Source: Convolutriloba macropyga (Eukaryota). Taken from it: 64,000 nt of DNA. The notes under the pieces were generated by a model, which was not told the DNA's origin, ran no database searches, and worked only from the letters and a program-made list of their open reading frames with translations. Of this stretch, positions 13,600 through 27,330 are shown piece by piece. The stretch covers positions 16,926,001 through 16,990,000 of the forward strand of contig NC_134476.1 of the NCBI RefSeq assembly GCF_964194025.1. The letters run 5' to 3'. Within the stretch, counting starts at the first letter, position 1. Each line of letters begins with the position of its first letter. Both the position numbers and the translations under genes were made by a program.

Positions 13600-15480
13600 T
13601 GCAACAGCGTACTAGAAAGGCAGAGGGGAAATAGCTGAGTAACAAAACAGCGCTTGCTTCGCCACTTCAAACTTTTGGTTTAATTTATTTGGATGATCTT
13701 ATGGGCGACAGAGTCCCCTCACTGCTTGAGCCTATTGGAAATTTAGAAGACAACAGAAGCTTCGTTTTTTTGTTACTCTTTGCTGTGTAATTATTTCTGA
13801 TTAGATGGAGATCGTGCAATCTTTTTATCACTGAAACTGCTGAGAGCACACCGAAGTTGACTTACATTTGCGATTTGGGTTACCAACACTTCTATTATGT
13901 TTGGTTATCAACTGGTGAAGCTTTTTCCTTCAAATGTCTACAAAGTTTGGGAAGATTGGCGTGAAAATTATCTGATTTTGAGAATGAAGTTAGGATTGAC
14001 AGAAGAAGAGATTATGAAGTGATTGCTTACAAAATTGTGTGGTGGAGCCTTGCATGCATTCAGTGACTTACTGAGAGACTATTGGCTATCAATGCCAGGG
14101 AAGCAAGCATGAACACTGACGAAGATGTTGTATCGGTTTGATAGACGATTGACCAAAAATTTACTTTTTTTATGAATGTGGTTACAAATTGTTTGGTGGG
14201 AAGAGAAAGTGGGAAGTAAGGCAAAAATGTTTGAAACCAGTGACACTGTGGATCAGAGAACGCGACAGCAGTATACTCAAGGGCAGGTGATTGATATCAG
14301 TAGAAGCCTTGCAGTTCTCTAGTGGAAGAATTTCGGAAACCGGTATGGTTTTTTGAAGGGTTTGGCGTTGGTTCCAGCAGCGGTGTATCGAGAAAAGTAG
14401 CGTTTCGAAAGGATCTGTTGGGAGAAGTGGAAGATAAGTGAATTCAGTGCGGCAGTAGAATAAGATTTCCAAGCTATTGTGATGAAGTGCAAAATGGATC
14501 GAAGGACGAGTTTACAGAGGAAGTTTGTGGTCAACCAAGTCAGGAAAGTTGTAAAGCAGCCCTAAGCAAGTACGAATAAAGCGACGCTAGAAATGTTTTG
14601 CCAAAGAGACAGCTTTTGGGCAAAATAATGACTCTTTGGTTTCAGTGGAGTACGATGCTATGGAAAATGATTAGGTTTTGTAATCGGTATCCGAGGAGCT
14701 ATAAGAAAAACAGTTTGATGAAGACTAGTTTTTGAAGTTTTTTTGGACACAAACTTTTCAAATGTAGAAGAATTTGATGACAATGATGTTAAAAGCGGGA
14801 CATGTTATATCTCCGAAGCATGCGACAATGTAACTTCAAAAGCAAAGAATTTTGATGGTGGTGTCAGAGCTATCAGAAAAGATATGTTGGGAGCTTAGGG
14901 CTTCATGGAGCTAAAGTCAGGAGGTTTGGACCAACAGATCTGTTGCAATTGTGTGCAACTGAGTCCACTGTGGATATTTTGGAAAAAAGGTCTGGTTTAA
15001 GAGGAATTGATTGGCAGTTAGTGATTGACTCACAGAAGGGACAAAACGTTGAGGCAGCAAGTGAACGGAATACTTTTGCAGAGCTGGAAGATGCAAAGGC
15101 AATTGAATGAAAATCAGCCTAATAGTAATTTTTCGGTCGAACCAACGGATGAGCGTCAAATAGAAAGTGCTGGAAATGACAGAGTAGAGAAAACCGATCA
15201 AAACTCAGTTGCTACAGGGTTGCACAATTGGGTTTATGTGATCAACGGCCTAGGAGGGAAAACTTTAGTAGTTTTTTGATGGAGGTTGAGCAGAAAATGG
15301 GGAGAATGATTTCATCGCAATTTCCAGAGATTGCAAAGCTGGAGAAGCGATCGGAAAGTGAGATGGAGCCGTTTGGAAGCATAACGACAGCAGTCTTGGC
15401 ATGATTACAGGAGAAAAGTCAGCTATAATGGAAGAAGAATTGGACATCCGTTCAAGCATCAGAGGAAGAAGTTTTCAATG
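13600..15480 (-). pseudogene. possible highly decayed non-LTR (LINE) retrotransposon fragment
   Basis: A/C-rich minus strand with broken frames. A degenerate APE-like GD(F/Y)NxP motif lies near 14795-14815, and a weak RT-N-like segment near 14270-14390. Confidence 0.3.
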
Positions 15481-15529
15481 TACAGATGCACGAGTGTATG
15501 ATGAGAATGGCGTTGCCAGCTAAATTTTT

Positions 15530-18500
15530 CTAGCCTTTTTGCTTGTACCCAATCTCTGAATACTTTGTATTAATCTGGTTTTTTTAAGATAAAAGATCAA
15601 GCACTGCAGCTTTAGGAAATTTCTTTCTAAAGAAGATCTATTGGGGTAATATTTATAGTTTTGGCAGAACAATATCTTAGAACAATTGTTTTACCAATTC
15701 TGGTTTTCAAGGGAAGGATGTATGTTAGAGGAAATAGAGTTTGGTCAAAAGTCATTGTTGATGAAATAGGAAGACTATTTTAAATAGTGAAAATGCAAAA
15801 GTTTTTCTAAAACTGATTTGACTTACCGTTAGTTAAATTCTAGTGCAGTTACTTTATGTTAATCCTGATTTAAACCTACGTAGTTCACTTTCAGATTATT
15901 AGACGAACTTGCAGGAATTTTATACGAGCAGGGAGTGTAGGATAAGAGCTTGCAATTGTTTGGTAGAATAATATTTTAGGAAGAAGTAGTGTAGAAATCC
16001 GTAGTTTACATTAAAATTGGCATAAGCAGATACTGCGAGTAAATTAAATAATTTAAATCAAGTTACTTAAGTTAGTTTTGGTATTTGAGTTTGTAATAAA
16101 AAGCTTTACTTCATCAGCGCCACTAGGAGGCGTTTTGTACCTTTTTGCTTGTCCCCAAACTCTGAAAACATTGAATTAATCTGCTTTTTTTAGACAAGTG
16201 ATCAAGCACTGTAGCTTCAGAAAAATGTTTTTTAAAGATGATCTTTTGGGGAAAAATTCGTAATTTTGGCAGATCTGTTTCTTAGATAATTTGTTTTTCT
16301 ACCAAACCTGGGTTTCAATGGGAGGATGTATGTCAGAGGCAACAGAGTTTGATCAAAAGCCATTGTTGATGAATTAGGAAGACTATGTTATATTGCAAAA
16401 ATGCAAAAAAATTTAAAAACTATTTTATTTTATCATAAGTTAAATTTTAGTGCAGCTAGTTTATATTAATTCGGAGCTAGACCTACGTAGTTTTTTCTCA
16501 TATTTTTAGACAAACTGGCTGGATTTTTTGACTAGCCGGGAGTATAGGATTAGAGCTTGCAATTATTTGGGACAATCATAATCTAGGAAGGAGTAGTGTA
16601 GAAATCCGTAGTTTACATTAAAATTGGCATAAGCAGATACTGCGAGTAAATTAAATAATTTAAATCAAGTTACTTAAGTTAATTTGGGTATTTGAGTTTG
16701 TAATAAAAAAGCTTTACATCAACAGCGCCACTGGGAGGCGTTTTGTATCTTTTTGCCTGTCCCCAAACTCTGAAAACATTGAATTAATCTGCTTTGTTTA
16801 GACAGGTGATCAAGCACTGTAGCTTCAGAAAAATGTTTTTTTTAAAGGTGATCTTTTGGGGAAAAATTCGTAATTTTGGCAGATCTGTTTCTTAAATAAT
16901 TTGTTTTTCTACCAAACCTGGGTTTCAATGGGAGGATGTATGTCAGAGGCAACAGAGTTTGATCAAAGACCATTGTTGATGAATTAGGAAGACTATGTTA
17001 TATTGCAAAAAATGCAAAAAAAATTAAAAACTATTTTATTTTATCATAAGTTAAATTTTAGTGCAGCTAATTTATATTAATTCGGAGCTAGACCTACGTA
17101 GTTCTTTCTCATATTTTTAGACAAACTGGCTAGATTTTTTGACTAGCCGGGAGTATAGTATAAGAGCTTGCAATTATTTGGGACAATAATAATCCAGGAA
17201 GGAGTAGTGTAGAAATCCGTAGTTTACATTAAAATTGGCATTAGCAGATACTGCGAGTAAATTAAATAATTTAAATCAAGTTACTTAAGTTAGTTTCGGT
17301 ATTTGAGTTTGTAATAAAAAAGCTTTACTTCAACAGCGCCACTGGGAGGCGTTTTGTACCTTTTTGCTTGTCCCCAAACTCTGAAAACATTGAATTAATC
17401 TGGTTTGTTTAGACAACTGATCAAGCACTGTAGCTTCAGAAAAATGTTTTTGTAAAAATCATCTTTTGGGGAAAAATTTGTAATTTTGGCAGATCTGTTT
17501 CTTAGATAATTTGTTTTTTTTTACCAAACCTGTGTTTCAAAGGAAAGATGTATGTCAAAGGCAACAGAGTTTGATCAAAAGCCATTGTTGATGGAATAGG
17601 AAGACTATGTTATATTGCAAAAATGCAAAAAAAATTTAAAAACTATTTTATTTTATCATCAGTTAAATTTTAGTGCAGCTAATTTTTATTAATTCGGAGC
17701 TAGACCTACGTAGTTTTTTCTCATATTTTTAGACAAACTGCCTGGATTTTTCGACTAGCCAGGAGTATAGGATAAGAGCTTGCAATTATTTGGGACAATA
17801 ATAATCTGGGAAGGAGTAGTGTAGAAATCCGTAGTTTACATTAAAATTGGCATAAGCAGATACTGCGAGTAAATTAAATAATTTAAATCAGGTTACTTAA
17901 GTTAGTTTGGGTATTTGAGTTTGTAATAAAAAAGCTTTACTTCAAAAGCGCCACTGGGAGGCGTTTTGTATCTTTTTGCTTGTCCCCAAACTCTGAAAAC
18001 ATTGAATTAATCTGCTTTGTTTAGACAAGTGATCAAGCACTGTAGCTTCAGAAAAATGTTTTTTTAAAGGTGATCTTTTGGGGAAAAATTCGTAATTTTG
18101 GCAGATCTGTTTCTTAAATAATTTGTTTTTCTACCAAACCTGGGTTTCAATGGGAGGATGTATGTCAGAGGCAACAGAGTTTGATCAAAGACCATTGTTG
18201 ATGAATTAGGAAGACTATGTTATATTGCAAAAAATGCAAAAAAAATTAAAAACTACTTTATTTTATCATAAGTTAAATTTTAGTGCAGCTAATTTATATT
18301 AATTCGGAGCTAGACCTACGTAGTTCTTTCTCATATTTTTAGACAAACTGGCTAGATTTTTTGACTAGCCGGGAGTATAGTATAAGAGCTTGCAATTATT
18401 TGGGACAATAATAATCCAGGAAGGAGTAGTGTAGAAATCCGTAGATTACATTAAAATTGGCATAAGCAGATACTGCGAGTAAATTAAATAATTTAAATCA

Positions 18501-20003
18501 AGTTACTTAAGTTAGTTTCGGTATTTGAGTTTGTAATAAAAAAGCTTTACTTCGACAGCGCCACTGGGAGGCGTTTTGTACCTTTTTGCTTGTCCCCAAA
18601 CTCTGAAAACATTGAATTAATCTGGTTTGTTTAGACAACTGATCAAGCACTGTAGCTTCAGAAAAATGTTTTTGTAAAGATCATCTTTTGGGGAAAAATT
18701 TGTAATTTTGGCAGATCTGTTTCTTAGATAATTTGTTTTTTTTTACCAAACCTGTGTTTCAAAGGAAAGATGTATGTCAAAGGCAACAGAGTTTGATCAA
18801 AAGCCATTGTTGATGAAATAGGAAGACTATGTTATATTGCAAAAATGCAAAAAAAATTTAAAAACTATTTTAGTTTACCATCAGTTAAATTTTAGTGTAG
18901 CTAATTTTTATTAATTCGGAGCTAGACCTACGTAGTTTTTTCTCATATTTTTAGACAAACTGGCTGGATTTTTCGACTAGCCAGGAGTATAGGATAAGAG
19001 CTTGCAATTATTTGGGACAATAATTATCTGGGAAGGAGTAGTGTAGAAATCCGTAGTTTACATTAAAATTGGCATAAGCAGATACTGCGAGTAAATTAAA
19101 TAATTTAAATCAGGTTACTTAAGTTAGTTTGGGTATTTGAGTTTGTAATAAAAGGTTTTTGTTTCAACGGCTCCACTGAGGGGCCTTTTGTACATACTTT
19201 TTTGTTTGTACCCAAGTCATGAATATATTGTATTAATCTGATTTATTTCGACAAGTGATCAAGAACTGTGGCTTTAGAAATTATAATTCTAAAGAAGATC
19301 ATTCGGGTAAATGTTTGCAGTTTTGGCAGATCAGTTTCTTAGAACACTTGTTTTATTACCAATTCTGGGTTTCAAGGGGCAATAGAGTTTGAAACAAAAG
19401 TCATTGTTGATGAATAAGGAAGACTATGTTAAATTGTGAAAATGGAAAAAGAATCCTAAAAACTGGTGAAACAACTAAATTGGTGTAAACAGATACTGCC
19501 AGTGATTTTAATATTTTAAATCAACTTACTTAAGTTATTCTAGGTGTTTGAGATGTAATAAAAGTTCCTCGTTTCAACGGCACCACTGAGGGGCGTTTTG
19601 TACTTACTTTTTTGTTTGTACCCAAGTCATGAATATATTGTATTAATCTGATTTATTACGACAAAGTATCAAGAACCGTAGCTTTAGAATTTTTGTTTCT
19701 AAAGAAGATCATTCGGGTAAATACTTGTTGTTTTGGCAGATCAGTTTCTTAAAACATTTGTTTTTTTACCAATTCTCGGTTTCAAGGGGCAATAGAGTTT
19801 GAAACAAAAGTCATTGTTGATGAATAAGGAAGACTATGTTAAATTGTGAAAATGGAAAAAGGTTTTTAAAAACTGGCGAAACAATGAAATTGGTGTAAAC
19901 AGATACTGCCAGTGATTTTAATATTTTAAATCAACTTACTTAAGTTAGTCTAGGTGTTTGAGATGTATTAAAAGTTCTTCGTTTCAACGGCGCCACTGAG
20001 GGG
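15530..20003. repeat. tandem array (satellite): six ~610-bp units plus two ~410-bp deleted units
   Basis: AGTAGTGTAGAAATCCGTAG recurs at ~15985, 16592, 17203, 17815, 18425 and 19037. Shorter units lie at ~19150-19560 and ~19560-19975. Confidence 0.95.
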
Positions 20004-22022
20004 AGTTGAGTGGCTTTTCTTGAATAAACAACCTAATGAACAACAAAAATGAGATGGCTTTTTGTATTGGTTACTGAATAAAATTGTATTAGTGCATCAG
20101 GCCAGAATCCAAATCCACTAGAGAACAAACTTTAATTTTGAAGAGAAATAAATATGTAGAAGAGAGGTCGAATTTTAAATTGAACTGAAGGAATATCGTT
20201 TTCTCCAGAGATAATTTAAACTATTAGTTTTATGAAAATAATAATGGGGAGGCTGACTATCAATCCCGGCACTACGCGGGGAGTTATGTTTTATTAAACG
20301 GACACTTACCAAATTGTAATGGCATGTATATCCGAAGGTCTCCTCGAGCTGGTATAGTTTCCGAGCCATTCTGACGGTCCACACCCGAGTTATTGGAGTT
20401 TTTTGAAGTATTTAGGTACAAAACGACAACCTCAATAAAAACTGTGAACAAAAATTTTTTCAAAACGAATAAGTTTAACGTATTGTTGAATCTAGTACAA
20501 AGAAAAGAATTTTAAAGACAGTTTTGAGTTGTTTAATGCAAATAAAATTTGAGTATTTTTAAGTGAGGACTATTTGCACTTGTTATCGAATTACTATTGT
20601 TGAAGTCGGAATGACCTGAAATTTTTAAGATAGACCAATTTCGACGCCGGAAAACCGAATTGGATTTAAAGTTTGACACCTCACCAACCTCCATGGAACT
20701 ACTGCACGCCGGTGCTGCGGGATGTAAAATTTGAGTGCGAAAACGGAAAAAGGGTGATTTTGAGTGGCCGCATGACTTTGAAATGGTAAAAATTTGATAA
20801 CCTGAGACAAATAGTGACCAAAAATAGCCACCCCAGTTATTTTTGGCGAACTCAGATTTTTCGGGTTTGGGAACCCACGACTCCCAAACAATTTTCCAAA
20901 ACGCAAACGTTTCTAAACAAACAATGCTAGAGCAACAATTTTAGGCCTGCATTTAGTTGGTACCATGCACTTTATAAATTTCTTTACCCAAAGTTATTTT
21001 GATTCCTATAACACGAGATATGATATTGTGAAATTGATTCTCTACGGAACACCCAGGAGACAAGTGCGCATGCACTGCTCGTGTTCTTTTACGAGCTAGG
21101 TTGTGGTGACAAATTAGTGTGTAGGTGCACTTGTGGATTGTTTTTTTGCGACAGTGGTTATTTTTACCAACTTGATCCCTTATTTTTTCGGATGACGCCT
21201 AATTGATCCGTGGAGGTCAAATTTTGGGTTTTTAATAAAATTGGTCTTTCGGGATCGTATAATTACAGGGAGCTACATGAAAGGGTTTGAAAAATGGGAA
21301 TAACAACTGCTTATAGTTTACGGGTTGAGAATATTTATTTATTCAACACATGGTTTTTCAGAGAGATTGATTAGAGCTAGTTGATTTTGGTAGCAGAAAC
21401 GGAGCAATAAAAGCGTTCAAAGCATCCTTCAATGTTTACTAAGCAAACAGTAAAAAAATGACATTTGAATATTTCTGATGAAGCGGAGTGGATTTGTTCT
21501 TATGAGAGCCCAATTGTCGTTTAGTTAAGATAAGTCGAAATTTGAACAAAGGTTGGTAGCAGCTGAAAGACCGAGCATAAATTTGCAATGATTTGTTTGC
21601 ACAGCAGATAGCGCCCTCAACGGATTTAACTCAAGATCAGCGTTAGAAATGGTGAACTTTTTCATGTTAGTCGCATTCCCAATTCAACTTCGGCTTCTCT
21701 TTTTTTGACTTTTTCTCCACTTTTTGTCTTTTACACTATTTTACACTTTTGGGGATTTATATGCAGTAATTTGCTTCAAAATCAGCAGTATTACCGGTGA
21801 CATTTTTGTTTTCACGTCTTAAGCACTGAGAAAAAATCATCGATACCAATACGAAGCTGTGAAAACAAAAATATCATTGTTGGTTACCGCAAAAGTCAGC
21901 GCTAAAAAATTTGCTTTATTTTTTCCCTATAAATTGTCGTAAAGTTTACAATTTTTATGGCATTAAGCGCTAAAAATCCAAATTCTTCTAACCTTTCATG
22001 ACATTCATTTTAATTCTTACAA

Positions 22023-22378
22023 CTCAGGTTGAGGTCCAGGTCCAAATTTTTGGCTGATTAGACTTTCCAAACAAAAATTTGATCAGATTTTCCAGACGGA
22101 AACAAACCCCGATCAGATTCTCCAGACCAAAGTTACCTCTGAGCAGACTTTCCAGACACATAGTGTGTCTGATCAGACTTTTCAGACCGAAGCCGTTCTG
22201 ATTAGACCACTTCAGACCATGATCCAGACTCAAATTCAGACCATTGCCAGACCTTGGTCAGAATCAAGTGCGTTCGAAGAGGTTATGATCAGACCCAATA
22301 GCTCTCGAAGCTTTTATAGTCAGACCCAGTTGCACTTGCAGCCATTTATGATGAGACTGAACAGTGCTCAAAACCGGT
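22023..22378 (+). mobile_element. left part of a CMC/EnSpm-like non-autonomous element interrupted by the Maverick
   Basis: Starts CTCAGGTTGAGGTCCAG after AA and contains TCAGAC/CCAGAC micro-repeats. Pairs with CTGCACCTCAACCTGGG at 39583-39599. Confidence 0.8.
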
Positions 22379-22505
22379 AGTAGTGATGTGCCTCCTGGGA
22401 AAACTACTGGGGGGCATAATTGTCTTCCCTTGAACACTACGGGGGGACACAAGTGTCTTCCTGGTCAAACTACAGGGTGAGACACTTGAAATTTTTTCTC
22501 CTTAT
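22379..22505 (+). repeat. Maverick left TIR
   Basis: Reverse complement of 38750-39013, with fewer ~33-bp GACACAAGTGTC units. Confidence 0.9.
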
Positions 22506-22740
22506 TTCCCCCTGCCATGCATGAAACCAATCTTAGAAAACCATTTTCCCTCCACTCTTTTGACTGGTTTGCCGCTTTCGGCTTAAAGCCATTTTAACTA
22601 CCACCGCTTTTGCTTTGAAATTTACTTCGTCATATGTCTGCGCCAGGGTACTTTAATCATATTTTGGTCTGGGCCCATTTCAGCATTTTACCCACAGTTA
22701 TAAAGAACCTACACATCCAATACTAAAATACGAATTCCAA

Positions 22741-23076
22741 ATGCCACCGAGGCGAAAACGATCCTTGTTGGACTGCTTTCTGTGTCACTCCAAATTCTTA
22801 AATTCTGAAGATCATTTTACTCATTTTGAAGAAATACACCCTAACAATTTTAAATATCAATGTGAAACCTGCAGTCGAAATTTTTGGCGTTTAGTTGACA
22901 CACGATACGACCAATGTGAAAATTCAGCAATTATTGCGTCACCTCTAATTATTCAAAACCCTGTTTTAATGTGTAACATTTGCTTCAAAAATTTTACCCC
23001 AAAAAGTGGTTTGACTAATCATGCTAAAAGTCATTCCCCCTGGAAAATACTCTTAGTAGTCGTTGAATCCCGATAA
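22741..23076 (+). CDS. small C2H2 zinc-finger protein within the Maverick
   Basis: CFLC..F..HFEEIH, YQCETC and CNIC..F..LTNHAKSH, with a basic N-terminus PPRRKR. Confidence 0.65.
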   Translation: MPPRRKRSLLDCFLCHSKFLNSEDHFTHFEEIHPNNFKYQCETCSRNFWRLVDTRYDQCENSAIIASPLIIQNPVLMCNICFKNFTPKSGLTNHAKSHSPWKILLVVVESR

Positions 23077-23499
23077 AACGACGTTAGAGAAGCCTTTTAT
23101 TTGTCTTTTTTTATAATAATGTTTTAATTTTTACATTAATTTGTATTTAATTTATATTAATGATTTTATAATTTATCCATGCGCTTCAACTACAACTAAA
23201 TGTAAGTTATAAGTTATTTTACTGCTTGAATTGTACAATACTACACGTCTGTGTTTTGGTTTTGGTTCTATTATAAGACCATTATTTGAAGATAAATGAG
23301 ACATATCACTATTGTTGCTTGCTTCGCTTTCAACTGCTTCCAATTCTGCAAAAGAATTTTAAAGGGCTGACGGGGAAATTGCGTAGGGTTCGTTCCAGTC
23401 ACTACTATCTTGATCAATCTCACTTTCTGAGTAATCTGGCTGATCGAATCCTGGCTCGTTAGAGAAAAGCTTTAGTTTTCAGATATCAAACTTTCCGGG

Positions 23500-26400
23500 T
23501 TTAGTTGTGAAACTGAATCCACTGTTATGAATTTTCCCGCTGTTCAATACTCTCTTGAAGACCTCGTGCTTTAGTTGCTTTTGCCCCTCATGTGTTATTC
23601 CCTTCGCACTTTTCTTCTGACACTCTGAAAGAACAATACAATCAATCCATTTTCTCTTTTAATCCATGTGCTTTCCCAGCCCAGGTTCGCGTGTTCCTGT
23701 TATATTAAAAAGACACCTTCAGGAATTCGGTTATTTTCAAAACTGGAATTTGTTTTAATAAAATATGTGTTTACACATACGCTTCGCTGGCATTGAACAA
23801 ATTTTGGGTTTCAAGTCACAGAACTCTTCCATTGCCAAACCTGCTAGTTCGTCTTTGAATTTGAGAGTTACTATATGATTTTCTGTGTTGTACAAGGCGT
23901 TATCAGAAGCGTAATTGGAAAAGTCGAATTATGTGTTGAATTCCGCTCGTGCCAGCTCCTCTTAGAAGTAATCACAATCAACAGCATAGGTAAGTGAGGC
24001 CGTATCAGTGTAAAAAAAGTTCACACCTGAACCAATGTTTCATATTGTCGTATCGAAATCGAAACATGAATGGTTTAGAAAGATCCAGAATTGAAGCAGC
24101 AACTATTCTAGGTTTCACCCAGTATATTTTCGTTTTTCTTGTTGTCATGACTGCCATGTTTTCATCTAAAGTTTTATAGGATTTCATGTTAAATTTATCT
24201 GTGTGGTTGAGGAGAGCTCGTTCATCTCGGACGACGAAAGCGTTAACTCGGTTTCGCATGCATTCACAACACTTTCCCAAAGAAGCGTTGTTCATGAGTT
24301 TGAAGAAGTTTTCAGCAATTTTGTTGGTTGCTGCTTGCCGCAATCTTGTGTTCAGTTCGATACACTTCGCCATCCACTTTGATTGTCTGAATTTGAGCAC
24401 CTTGTGCAGTTTTGAGACTTCAGGGCGGTCGCGTTTATGAATCTTTATCGATACATAGTGTAGGGTATTATCCTTCTTATCATAGAGTATTTGAAGCATT
24501 TTGTTGCACATTGAAACTTTTGGGAGATGATATTCTTCCAAAAGGTCCAACTGGTAACTACTCAACCACATGCTGTCCACAGGTTCTCGAGCAGGTGCCA
24601 TTGGAAAATCTTGGTGAGCATCGTGAATTGAGTCGGGGTACTCCAAGTCGACGCAGACGATATATCCAAATTCATCGTCTCCCGGAGTTTGCAAAATTTG
24701 TTCAATCGTCACCTCTGTGTCCGTCTTGAAGGAATTGAGTTGCAAGCAGAAATCTTTCATGATCCCACCATAGATGTTGTTAGCATCTATGGTGAGGGCA
24801 TATGTTGATTTCTGTGTGTCATCAAAACTTTCCAGTTATTTGTTGTATGGCGAGAAAAGTCTTTTTGTGTGACATACCCCTCTCAACAATTCTTCTGCTA
24901 GATCAAGATGGTTGCGATCTGTGAGGAGCTCCAGGTCGGGGTGACATAACTCCAGAAAGGCATCGCCCTCTAAGTGTGGTGCTGATAGATATTGAGCACA
25001 GTTCAAGCTGTACGAGTGCAGACAGACAGTTCGTAGCCGCTCAAACCAACAGGCAAGCTGGAGGATGTCGACTGTCAAGTACAGATCGTGATAGTCACCC
25101 ATGTTTTTAAAATCAAATCTTTCGAAGATGAGCTTTGCTTTTTCGTAGTCACTTTCAGTTATTGTGATTTCTCCTGATTTGAATTTTTCGACCCAGCTCT
25201 TCTTAGGCGGCAATTTTTTAGCTTGAACTTTCTAAAGGTGTCCATGTAGGAGTAGGGGTAGAATCCTCTAACCTGCAGTAGTTTCACACCATTTTGGTCA
25301 CATTCTTCAAAATGGTTATCGAGTATATCGAAACTGTCTTCAGGCAAAGATTGAACTAGTTTATCAAAACGAGACTGTAAGAACCGAAGAAAATCGATAA
25401 AGCGAAGTTCTTCTTATGGGTATGACGTTTTGATTTTTCTTAACAATATCTTTGATCCAAACTTTAAAGCTAAAACTGATGTAATTCTCATCAGTTTGAG
25501 GAATTATTGAAAATTTATTATTAGGGTTGCATTGATGAAGACTCTCTACAACATGATGCAAGTCATATCCTGACAAGTTATGTGCAATTATGGGAAAAAA
25601 GCTCGGTGTTCTGTGCTGCAGGTTGCACTTTGAGTGAGCCCAGCCAAGAAACTGATTTGAGAAATGGCAGTGATCCAAGACTTTTTTGTTGTCCGTAGAA
25701 AAAGTAGTTTCACATATCCAACACTGAGTCGCCATCTCTTTTGCTTGTCCAACAGCTCCTGTGAAGTACCTCTGTTTTTGCTTTGTCTCGTAGATATCTT
25801 TTGCTAGTGTCTCCATTTGCTTTATAAAAACTTGCATGCAATCTTCACCCCTGTACAGATGGAAAAATTTCAAATTTGGACTTCCATGTGAAATGGCTAA
25901 ACAATAGTAACCGCTCGGAACGTGTTTATCGAAGACACGAGTTTTTGACGTCTGCGGATTTTGTTGAGCTGATGATACCGGTACAATGATTGACTCTAGT
26001 TCAAAATAGACAACCAGTGGGAGAGCTGTTATTGCTTGAAATTTTTTGAAAGCGAGACTGTTGCTGTCTGGCTCAGGTAGCAGGACTCGACAAGTTTCGA
26101 ATTGATGGCAAGCTTTTTCGTGTTTTTGAAGTGTTTAGCTGCTCGAGCAAACATGAAAGCAGTTTTGACAGATTTTCACCTGTGCATCAATCTGCCGCCC
26201 TTACACTTTTCTAACTAAGTTTACCAGGTCTGTTATTAGCACGTAGTGATTACGTTCACCTTCAGTTATCAGTAGGAGATCAACGACAAAATCAGAGTCG
26301 TGCTTTGAATTGCGGAAAGAATACAAACCTTTCTTTTCGTATCGAAAAATGTTCACTTTTACTTCATTACGTCTTTCAAACGCGCTTATTTTGTCAATCG

Positions 26401-27330
26401 GCATCGGCATCGCGGACATCTCTTACTGCTTGATGAGTTATAGGGTTTGAGCGAGCGTATGTTTCGGGTCTTTTTGCTGTACCGATCCAGAGGTTGTGTG
26501 AGGGGGCAAACTTTCCCCTGCAAAAGTTAGGCTACCGTGAAACAATACAAGAAACAGTTTGGATCGAAAAAGTTTTGGATATTGAGCAGGCACTTTAGAG
26601 CACTAAGTTCAGTTGGTAGTGCTATGCAGGTTAATCCACGAACAGGGTTGAAATTTGCAAATCGAACTTCGAGTCTTTCTACCTTTTCAATAATCCAACC
26701 ACTTCCACGTGTGGCATAAGTTGAAACCACGTTTGCAATATGCTGCACGGTCTAAAGGAACTGCTCTTCGGAGAGACCATCCGTGTACACAATTGGAACA
26801 TCAGCGTTAGCGTAAATTGTAACGTGTTTTTCTTCTTCATTAACCTGCTTAGTGATTGTAATGCTCACAGAAAGTTGAACTTTCTGAGGAAATTCAAGGG
26901 TCTTTTGACGTATAGGTTCATTGATGTGATATCTTGATGAGTTAATGAAAGACAAAACATCAATGTGATCATTACCTTCTATCTCGTAGATCTCCAGGGC
27001 ACCTCGAATTGGCGACTCTACTGGTACTGCTTGATTATTGTTCTAGGCTCGGTTCCAATAAGGCAGTCCGTGAGCATTCTTCAGATGTTGATGAAAGTTA
27101 CTCTGGCTGTTGAAAACCAGAGTGCAGTAGGCACACTGATTTCGAACTTCTCCACCGTGCTCCCGTCGGGTGTGTTGGTTCATTATCAGAATTTTGTGAG
27201 TTTCAAAACCACAACTATTACACTCCAAGGCGGGGAATTCCGGTAGAACTCCATGAACGCGCTGTTTGTGTTTTAGAAGGCTTCTTTTGTCGGCCAGTTC
27301 CTTTGCACAAATTTCACACGGTTGGACCAT
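23500..27330 (-). pseudogene. protein-primed family B DNA polymerase (pPolB) with N-terminal C2H2 fingers and endonuclease-VII-like domain, frameshifted
   Basis: Fragments in order: three C2H2 fingers (27043-27330), RGSGW, CWIC..DHCH..GWAHSKCN, IIAHNLSGYD, RGFYPYSYMD, YHDLYLTVDI, DANNIYG, VDLEYP, FFKLMNNASLGK, YTDTAS (DTDS degenerate), KFKDE, LKPK, KSAKGI. Confidence 0.95.
23625..23780 (-). other. putative 156-nt spliceosomal intron in pPolB
   Basis: On the minus strand: AAGC|GTATGT ... TTGAT ... TGTTCTTTCAG|AGTGT. It contains an in-frame stop, and removal gives LKPKICSMPAKQCQKKSAKGI. Confidence 0.7.

Noticed and set aside
22366-22378. extension of the Maverick TIR beyond AGTAGT
   Set aside because: The extra symmetry is explained by a palindromic target site; the empty-site alignment fits ends at 22379 and 39013.
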